Origin: an uncultured Alphaproteobacteria bacterium
Lineage (GTDB): Bacteria > Pseudomonadota > Alphaproteobacteria > Rs-D84
Length of the DNA stretch: 32,000 nt
Reading direction: 5' to 3'
NCBI GenBank assembly: GCA_963931495.1
Contig: OZ007020.1
Coordinates: 240,001-272,000 of the forward strand
Of this stretch, positions 25,412-32,000 are shown in pieces. Position 1 is the first letter of the stretch. Each line of letters starts with the position of its first letter. The position numbers and the translations under genes are program-made. The notes beneath the pieces are model-generated. The model did not search any database. It was not told the DNA's origin and was given only the letters and a program-made list of their open reading frames with translations.

Positions 25412-26992
25412 ATGAATATGTATCAGTTACTGGAACGTACTGCGTCAAAATGGCCGGATAATTTATTTCTGGTTCGTGAACGCGTTACGTTTGCCGATTT
25501 TATTGATTTAGTGCGGGCGCGTGCAACATCGTTGCGTGATGCCGGCGTTAAAAAAGGTGATGTCGTTGGTGTTTTATCACATAATATCCCAGAATTTCCA
25601 ATTACGCTGTTTGCGATATGGTATCTGGGGGGGACGGCGTTATTGTTGGATACTAATTTGACACCGTTTGAATATGATAATATGACGGAAACAACAAAAT
25701 GTCATTTAGTATGCGCAGAAAAGTCTTTCTTTTATAAAACCAAGAATTTTGAATTCTATGATATAACCAAGAAAGATGGCAAGGCGGACGCATCATTAAA
25801 ACCGGCGACGTTGGAATCATCAGATGTGGCGACATTGTCATTTACGTCTGGGTCAACCGGTGTGCCAAAGGTTGTGCCATTAACGCACTTTAATTTGGTT
25901 GAATGTTCAAATTCATTGGAAGATATGAGTGAATGGATTAAGCCTGGGTTCATTATGTATGGATTCTTGCCAATGTATCATATCTTTGGCTTTGCCGTAG
26001 AAATCTTGGCAACATTACATTATGGGGCCGGCGTTTTGTTGCAGCCAACAGTCAATCCAAAAGAAATTCTGGACGATTTCAAAACGTATCGGCCACATGT
26101 TATCCCGGCGGTTCCAAGACTGTGGGAAGTTTTCCGTAATAAAATTATTGATAATATCAAGTCACAGCATAAATGGTGGTTGGCGTCGTTTGTTTTGAAA
26201 TATGGAAAACTGTTACAGAAAATTGGACTGGGGGCGTTGGTGCGCAAGGTTCAAGAACCTGTGTTGGCGGTGTTTGGTGGACGGGCAAAGTTATTAATTG
26301 CCGGTGGTGCTGCAACCAAGCCAGAAGTGGAAACATTCTATGAACGTTTGGGATTAACGTTTATCCAAGGATATGGGTTAACGGAAACTGTGGGGCCAAT
26401 ATGTATTTCAAAGCCGACCAAAAAACGCTTTCCGTTCGCGTTTGGTGGACCAACAACGAATAATGAATGCGAAATTCGTGATAAAAACGAAGATGGCGTC
26501 GGTGTTCTGTGGGTGCGTGGTCACCAGGTTTTCGGTGGATACATGAATAACCCGGCTGTAAACAGCGAAGTGTTTGATGAACGTGGGTTCTTTAACACTG
26601 GGGATATGGTAACAATGGATAAAAACGGCGAATTGCATTTTGCAGGCCGTAAAAAACAAGTAATCGTTCTGGATTCTGGGAAAAATGTGTATCCAGATGA
26701 ATTAGAGGCGTTGTTCATAGAAATACCCGGGGTTAAAAATGTCGCGGTTTTTGAACACAAAGTGAAAAATAAAACGGTGACGTATGGGGTGTTCAGTGTG
26801 GAACCAGATATGACAATAGAAAAATTAGCGGCGGCGGTTGCAGCCGCAAATAAAAAAGTTGCGTCGTATAAATGGGTAACGCACTTTGCCATGACAACGG
26901 ATGATTTGCCAACAACCAGTACACAAAAGGTAAAGCACCATGTTGTGCGCCAGAACTTGATTGATGGCAAATATCCGATTCGTAAAGAATAA
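25412..26992 (+). CDS. AMP-dependent synthetase/ligase (long-chain acyl-CoA synthetase-like)
   Basis: AMP-binding motif SFTSGSTGVPKVV, then YGLTET, TGD and a terminal K (QKVKH). Confidence 0.85.
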   Translation: MNMYQLLERTASKWPDNLFLVRERVTFADFIDLVRARATSLRDAGVKKGDVVGVLSHNIPEFPITLFAIWYLGGTALLLDTNLTPFEYDNMTETTKCHLVCAEKSFFYKTKNFEFYDITKKDGKADASLKPATLESSDVATLSFTSGSTGVPKVVPLTHFNLVECSNSLEDMSEWIKPGFIMYGFLPMYHIFGFAVEILATLHYGAGVLLQPTVNPKEILDDFKTYRPHVIPAVPRLWEVFRNKIIDNIKSQHKWWLASFVLKYGKLLQKIGLGALVRKVQEPVLAVFGGRAKLLIAGGAATKPEVETFYERLGLTFIQGYGLTETVGPICISKPTKKRFPFAFGGPTTNNECEIRDKNEDGVGVLWVRGHQVFGGYMNNPAVNSEVFDERGFFNTGDMVTMDKNGELHFAGRKKQVIVLDSGKNVYPDELEALFIEIPGVKNVAVFEHKVKNKTVTYGVFSVEPDMTIEKLAAAVAAANKKVASYKWVTHFAMTTDDLPTTSTQKVKHHVVRQNLIDGKYPIRKE

Positions 26993-27100
26993 CGCTAAAT
27001 ACATTGACCCGCGTGTGGCGTGTTAATGGATGTGTGATAAACATGTCTGTTAACCCGCGCGCGCATCTGGGTGTGTGTGTTTGATATGTTGTCAGTTACA

Positions 27101-27131
27101 GACCGCTGTTAATTACGGCGGTCCGTTTTTT
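27101..27131 (+). terminator. rho-independent terminator
   Basis: Stem gaccgc / gcggtc with an 11-nt loop, followed by cgtttttt. Confidence 0.65.
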
Positions 27132-27289
27132 GTATATTGTGGTGTGACGTATATGTCAAAAATTAAAGGACAGTAAAATAGGGGCGGGAACCGATTTTCT
27201 GTCGGGTATGGGTTAAAATTACAAGAATAATATATAGTTAAAGCAATTTTTCAACATTGATAAAATTTGTGTAAAAACAAAACGTTATT

Positions 27290-28600
27290 TTATTTTCCTA
27301 AACATAATTGTGAAAATGTTGCGTCCAATACTTCGGTCGCGGTGATTGTCCCCAGAATCTTGCCGATGGCATCTGCGGCGCGGCGTGTGTGTTCAGAAAA
27401 TATATCATAGTTTTCCCCGGGTGTGGCCAAGGCAGATTTTAATTCATTGGCCGCATCGGACAGCAATTCACGGGTGCGGGCATTTACCATGACACTGTTT
27501 TCAGTTTGGGCGGCAATGTGGGATATCTTTTTTCCGATTGTTGATATCAGATGCTTTAACCCGTCACCTGTTTTTGCCGATACATATATTGCGCCACGTT
27601 CGTGCGTGTCATGTCCCAGGTCAGATTTATTTATGACGTAAATTTCATTTTTTGCATGATGTGGTGGAATTTTGATTTTGTTTTTCGCACTTTGTACATG
27701 AATTATGATATCGGCGTTTTCAATTTCAGATTTCGTGCGCGCAATACCGATTTTCTCTATTGCGTCTGTGGCGCGACGAATGCCCGCTGTATCCGATAAA
27801 TTTACCATATATCCGCCAATGTCAATCGTTGCAGATACAACGTCGCGCGTTGTACCAGGAATGTCAGATACAATTGCGCGGTTTGCCCCGACAATTGCAT
27901 TAAACAATGATGATTTACCGACGTTTGTGCGCCCAACCAATGTTATATTAAAACCGCTGTGGATGGCGCGTACCGCCGCATAGCGTGAAACAGCATTATG
28001 AATTTCGTCGTATAATTTTTGTGTCTTGTTTCGTATTGTTTTGCCAATATTTGCCGGCAATTCGTCGTCTGCGTAATCCAATATTGCCGCCGCATATGCG
28101 GAAATTTCAATCATTTGGTTTCGCCAATTATTATAAATTTCACTGTCGCCGCCCATCATGGATTTCAGTGCGTGTCGTCGCTGGACATCAGTTTGGGCAT
28201 CCAGCAATGCGGCCAGGCCGTCAATGTCGGTTAAATCCATTTTATTATTGTAAAACGCGCGGCGTGAAAATTCGCCGGGCGTGGCCATGCGGGCGCCCGT
28301 ATCGCGCAGGTATTCAAATACTTTATCCACCACTGCCGGGGCACCATGGCTGTGTATTTCAATAATATCGGTACCGGTAAAAGATTGGGGGGCGGCAAAA
28401 TATATTGCAATAACTTGGTCAATCAAATCGCCAGATTGGTCGCGAAAATTTGCAAAATATGCGTGGCGCGCATCCGCAGATTTGCGATTTGTGATTTGTA
28501 AAAACAAATTATATAAATCGTCGCCCGATACACGTATGACCGCCACACCTGATTTTCCATGTCCTGACGACAGCGCAAAAATAGTTTCGTTATTGTTCAT
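27290..28600 (-). CDS. mnmE: tRNA modification GTPase MnmE
   Basis: The N-terminus ETIFALSSGHGKSGVAVIRVSG, G-domain GRTNVGKSSLFN and DTAG, and the C-terminal CLGK. Confidence 0.95.
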   Translation of the reverse strand: MNNNETIFALSSGHGKSGVAVIRVSGDDLYNLFLQITNRKSADARHAYFANFRDQSGDLIDQVIAIYFAAPQSFTGTDIIEIHSHGAPAVVDKVFEYLRDTGARMATPGEFSRRAFYNNKMDLTDIDGLAALLDAQTDVQRRHALKSMMGGDSEIYNNWRNQMIEISAYAAAILDYADDELPANIGKTIRNKTQKLYDEIHNAVSRYAAVRAIHSGFNITLVGRTNVGKSSLFNAIVGANRAIVSDIPGTTRDVVSATIDIGGYMVNLSDTAGIRRATDAIEKIGIARTKSEIENADIIIHVQSAKNKIKIPPHHAKNEIYVINKSDLGHDTHERGAIYVSAKTGDGLKHLISTIGKKISHIAAQTENSVMVNARTRELLSDAANELKSALATPGENYDIFSEHTRRAADAIGKILGTITATEVLDATFSQLCLGK

Positions 28601-29181
28601 TTTTGTTTATTCCCACTGATTTCTTTTAATGCCATTGGAACCAGTTTTGATACATCGGCATCTGGATTGGCGGCAACCAATTTTTGTGCCATATCTATAA
28701 TGTCTAAACGTCTGTATCCCAGTGATTCCAGCGCAGCCAGCAAGTCAGGCAGGGCGGCGGACGTGGTGGATGTGCCACCAAAATCAAATGTGGTGCCGCC
28801 AATTTTGGATTTTAGTTCAACAATGATTTTTTCGGCAACTTTTTTCCCAACGCCCGGGGCGGTCGCAATTGTTTTTGCGTCGCCCGTTGCAATTGCCGAC
28901 ATCAATGTGTCTGTTTTTATCGCGCCCATAACCGCCAGTGCCAATTTGGGCCCCACGCCCGATACAGCAGTTAATTGGTTAAACAAATTCTGTGATTGCA
29001 GATTAGAAAAACCAAACAGGCGAATTGAATCTTCGCGCACAACCGTTTCAATCCACATGGCAACCGTTGATTTTGGGGTCAGGTATTCGGGGGTAAAAAC
29101 TTTATACCCGACGCCAGAAACCATCAAGATGATGTAACCGTCGCCGACGTAATCAACATTTCCTTGCAATTTCCCAATCAT
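28597..29181 (-). CDS. ruvA: Holliday junction DNA helicase subunit RuvA
   Basis: MIGKLQGNVDYVGDGYIILMVSGVGYKV and the HhH motifs VSGVGPKLA and APGVGKKVAEKI. The stop overlaps the mnmE ATG (atga). Confidence 0.93.
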   Translation of the reverse strand: MIGKLQGNVDYVGDGYIILMVSGVGYKVFTPEYLTPKSTVAMWIETVVREDSIRLFGFSNLQSQNLFNQLTAVSGVGPKLALAVMGAIKTDTLMSAIATGDAKTIATAPGVGKKVAEKIIVELKSKIGGTTFDFGGTSTTSAALPDLLAALESLGYRRLDIIDMAQKLVAANPDADVSKLVPMALKEISGNKQK

Positions 29182-29233
29182 TTGGTATCCTTTTGCCAGT
29201 AATTTTAATCTAATATATATAAAAGGTCAAATT

Positions 29234-29950
29234 ATGAGTGGACACAGCAAATGGCACAACATTCAGCATAAAAAGGGCGCCGTGGATGCCGCACGCAGTG
29301 GGTTGTTTACAAAACTGGCGCGCGAAATAACAATGGCGGCAAAATTGGGTGATAAAAACCCGGATAATAATCCGCGTCTGCGTTTGGCAATTCTGAATGC
29401 ACGCAAGAATTCTATGCCAAATGATAATATCAAACGTGCAATTGACAAGGCGTCGGGCGCAAATACTGAAAATTATGTTGCTGTCCGGTATGAGGGATAT
29501 GGACCCGGGGCTGTGCCAGTTATTGTAGAAGCATTGACCGATAACCCGCGTCGTACGGTTCCAGAAATTCGTAATATATTTGCTAAAAATGGCGGCAATA
29601 TGGGTGAAGAAGGCAGTGTTGTGTTTATGTTCACACGTGCCGGTCAGATTTTTTATCCTGGGTCCATTGGTAAAAGCGAAGATGAAATGATGGAAATTAT
29701 TATGGATGCCAATGCGGATAATCTGGAATCAGATGAAGAGGGATTTATCATCACAACCAAACCAGATGATTTTATGACTGTACAGAAAGTTTTGGCCGAT
29801 AAACTGGGTGAACCAGAAAAGGCCGAATTAACATGGATTCCAAATATGCCAATGGATTTAGATGATGAAGCATATGGCAAACTGGAAAAATTGGTTGATG
29901 CACTGGATGATAATGATGATGTGCAAAAGGTATTTACCGCCGCCGCATAA
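29234..29950 (+). CDS. yebC: YebC/PmpR family DNA-binding transcriptional regulator
   Basis: MSGHSKWHNIQHKKGAVDAARSGLFTKLAREI, and YEGYGPGAV. Confidence 0.95.
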   Translation: MSGHSKWHNIQHKKGAVDAARSGLFTKLAREITMAAKLGDKNPDNNPRLRLAILNARKNSMPNDNIKRAIDKASGANTENYVAVRYEGYGPGAVPVIVEALTDNPRRTVPEIRNIFAKNGGNMGEEGSVVFMFTRAGQIFYPGSIGKSEDEMMEIIMDANADNLESDEEGFIITTKPDDFMTVQKVLADKLGEPEKAELTWIPNMPMDLDDEAYGKLEKLVDALDDNDDVQKVFTAAA

Positions 29951-29975
29951 TTATTATTCGTGGTTCTTGGTTTGG

Positions 29976-30001
29976 GCGCGCCGAATGGCGCGCTGTTTTT
30001 T
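29976..30001 (+). terminator. rho-independent terminator after yebC
   Basis: Stem gcgcgcc / ggcgcgc with loop gaat, followed by tgtttttt. Confidence 0.75.
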
Positions 30002-30054
30002 GAAATTAATATCATATTGTGTTATCATGTATATATATTATATAAAGGTACAAA

Positions 30055-30531
30055 ATGCGAATTTTAGGAATTGACCCGGGATTATTGCATACAGGGTGGG
30101 CGATAATTGATTCTGTGGGTTCTGAACGCAGATATGTGGCCAGCGGGGTTATTTTACCAAAAACATCGGGGACGTTACCAGAACGGCTGAATGCGATATT
30201 TCGTGGGGTTGATGATTTATGTGAAAAATTTTCACCGGATGTATGCAGCATAGAAATTACATTCGTAAATCAAAATCCAAAAACAACATTAATTCTGGGG
30301 CATGCACGGGCGGCGGCAATTGTGGCGGTGGCAAATCGTGATATTCCAATTTATGAATATGAACCAAATAAAATAAAAAAAGCACTGACATCGGCCGGAC
30401 ATGCAGACAAGGACCAGGTTTATAAAATGGTGCGGATTTTATTGCCGGCTGCAAATCCAAAAACATCAGACGAAAGTGACGCAATTGCAATCGCGTTGGC
30501 GCATGCAAATATGAGCAAATTCAAGTTTTAG
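30055..30531 (+). CDS. ruvC: crossover junction endodeoxyribonuclease RuvC
   Basis: MRILGIDPGLLHTGWAII, an E in IEITFVN, and DESDAIAIALAH. Confidence 0.93.
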   Translation: MRILGIDPGLLHTGWAIIDSVGSERRYVASGVILPKTSGTLPERLNAIFRGVDDLCEKFSPDVCSIEITFVNQNPKTTLILGHARAAAIVAVANRDIPIYEYEPNKIKKALTSAGHADKDQVYKMVRILLPAANPKTSDESDAIAIALAHANMSKFKF

Positions 30532-30577
30532 AATTTTGATTTTTCTGGTATAATATACGTGTATTAAGGGGGATAAA

Positions 30578-30850
30578 ATGCCAAAAGAAAAGTCATCTGG
30601 GGATAATTTATTGTCGGCACAACGAATTTTGTTTCGTGCGTTTTTTGTAAATACTGTACTGGTGTTTTTGGTGTGGTTGATGACGTTTATCCAAGGGTTT
30701 ATATTCCTGGGGGTCGTTATAACCGGGGTATCGGCGCCGATGTTTTATATTTCTGCGATTGGGGCGTTGGCTGTGTGGGGAATTGCCGGGGTTGCGCTGT
30801 TCTTGGTGCCTGGAATCGCAATTTGGTGGGAAAGAAAAGTTATGAAATAA
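30578..30850 (+). CDS. small integral membrane protein, 3 predicted TM helices (unknown function)
   Basis: 90 aa with SD aaggggg and a -10-like tataat at 30549-30554. The sequence is hydrophobic throughout. Confidence 0.55.
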   Translation: MPKEKSSGDNLLSAQRILFRAFFVNTVLVFLVWLMTFIQGFIFLGVVITGVSAPMFYISAIGALAVWGIAGVALFLVPGIAIWWERKVMK

Positions 30851-30878
30851 AAAAAACGCCCAGATGGGCGTTTTTTTA
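30849..30878. terminator. bidirectional terminator between the membrane-protein gene and secB
   Basis: An A-run, then stem acgccc / gggcgt with loop agat, then a T-run. Confidence 0.85.
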
Positions 30879-31340
30879 TTTGTTGTTTGCCGGTGCACTG
30901 GCGGCGTTGTTTTGTGCTTGATTTTGTCTGTCTGTATACATTTTTTCAAAATCAACAGGTTGCATAACAAACGCCGGCAATCCTGATTCAGATGTTAATC
31001 TGGTAACCAGTGCGCGAACAGATGGGAATAATAAATTTGGCACATCAATCAATAATGTACGTTTTTTGGCTTCTTCATCTTTTTCTTCGTCCATTTGAAC
31101 CAATCCAGAATATGTTGATTCAATCAAGAATATTGTTTTGTCGCCGTCATTTAATTTAGAATGAACCTTGGTGTTCAGGTCAACCATAAACAAATTGTTT
31201 TCAGCGCCCTTGATTTGAATATCAATATTAATTTCAACCTTGGCCTGGGTATTTTCGCGCTTAAAGAACAGTTCTGGGACGTTCGGGCTTTCAAACGAGA
31301 AATCTTTTATGAATTGCGATATGATGTTAAATTTTGCCAT
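30876..31340 (-). CDS. secB: protein-export chaperone SecB
   Basis: 154 aa. The N-terminus FNIISQFIKDFSFESPNVPELF and LLFPSVRALVTRLTSESGLP match the SecB pattern. SD aaggag. Confidence 0.9.
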   Translation of the reverse strand: MAKFNIISQFIKDFSFESPNVPELFFKRENTQAKVEINIDIQIKGAENNLFMVDLNTKVHSKLNDGDKTIFLIESTYSGLVQMDEEKDEEAKKRTLLIDVPNLLFPSVRALVTRLTSESGLPAFVMQPVDFEKMYTDRQNQAQNNAASAPANNK

Positions 31341-31422
31341 TGCGTTTACTCCTTTTTTTACGCATTATTTTATGGTAATATAACACTTATGATATTGTTT
31401 TACAAGTGGGCGGGATAATAAA

Positions 31423-32000
31423 ATGGCAAAATTGACAATAAAAGTTATGATGCGCGCAATGATGGCAATGCTGGGGATGGTGATGTTGGCGTCGTGCGAT
31501 ATGTCAACCCCACGGCACCAGGGCGATAATTCTGTGATTCCATCAAATTTGCGCATGGTGTCGTATAATCAATTGCCAGGGTGGCGGGATGATGATGTGC
31601 GATATGCGTTACAGGCATTTCGGAATTCTTGTCGGGCGCGAATTCAATATACTGGGCGTGTTATCCCAGACAGGGCCTTGTTTGAAGAAAAATGCCGCAC
31701 TTTGCCGTCGGCATCCGCAGATGTGGCAACCGTACGTGCGTGGTTTGAATCTAATTTCCAGCCGTACCAGGTTATTGATGAAAATGGCGGGGTGCGTGGG
31801 TTATATACGGGTTATTATTCCCCAATAATTCCTGCATGTCGCACAAAAACAGCCCAGTGTAATGAACCGTTGATGGCGGTGCCAACAGATGGGCGTAATT
31901 ACAAGGGTGTGCCAAAGAAAACAATTATTGAACAGCAAATCGGACGGCCGCTGTATTGGGCAAATATTGTTGATGTGCAAAATATTCAAATCCAGGGCAG
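31423..32000 (+). CDS. mltA: membrane-bound lytic murein transglycosylase A, N-terminal part (continues past the window end)
   Basis: Not on the track because it has no stop. My translation is MAKLTIKVMMRAMMAMLGMVMLASCDMS...YNQLPGWRDDDVRYALQAFRNSC...GLYTGYYSPII. It shows a lipobox and MltA N-terminal motifs. Confidence 0.8.
   Translation, partial: MAKLTIKVMMRAMMAMLGMVMLASCDMSTPRHQGDNSVIPSNLRMVSYNQLPGWRDDDVRYALQAFRNSCRARIQYTGRVIPDRALFEEKCRTLPSASADVATVRAWFESNFQPYQVIDENGGVRGLYTGYYSPIIPACRTKTAQCNEPLMAVPTDGRNYKGVPKKTIIEQQIGRPLYWANIVDVQNIQIQG

Noticed and set aside
1-32000. Scan for CRISPR arrays, rRNA genes, transposase or integrase genes and IS-type terminal inverted repeats
   Set aside because: No regularly spaced direct repeats, rRNA-like sequence or recombinase or transposase motifs were found in any listed ORF. 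The only repeat family is the tRNA-Tyr-linked one.

Overview
Compact, moderately AT-rich bacterial chromosome segment. The gene content looks alphaproteobacterial, but that is an inference from gene families and synteny; no database search was possible. Most of the window is housekeeping: a partial AsmA-like gene, uvrB, tsaE, ftsQ plus an ftsA-like gene, lolC/E-lolD, tRNA-Gly and tRNA-Tyr, an LpoA-like gene divergent from rsmI, engB, addB-like, xthA, an acyl-CoA synthetase-like gene, mnmE, ruvA, yebC, ruvC, secB and partial mltA. Five things stand out. (1) A tightly packed seven-gene same-strand cluster (7678-13630) has lolC/E-lolD embedded among five uncharacterised proteins, at least four of them envelope proteins. 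These include a 446-aa lipoprotein with faint secretin-like motifs and three tandem paralogues built from a repeated Cys-bracketed module. (2) One uninterrupted ORF fuses an FtsA-like actin-fold domain to a complete ribulose-phosphate 3-epimerase domain, directly after ftsQ, with no ftsZ following. (3) An accessory patch downstream of tRNA-Tyr (about 13965-18430) is marked by three copies of the tRNA-proximal sequence. It holds a very AT-rich 1.4-kb islet with two small exported proteins and no integrase, a phosphatase/methyltransferase pair, and a class II Fic gene. (4) A decayed second copy of the LpoA-like gene's 3' end lies 2 kb from the intact gene. (5) The Fic gene has a Shine-Dalgarno-served 5-codon leader ORF. 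Product calls rest on motifs I recognise in the supplied translations, and all structural models are flagged as inference.
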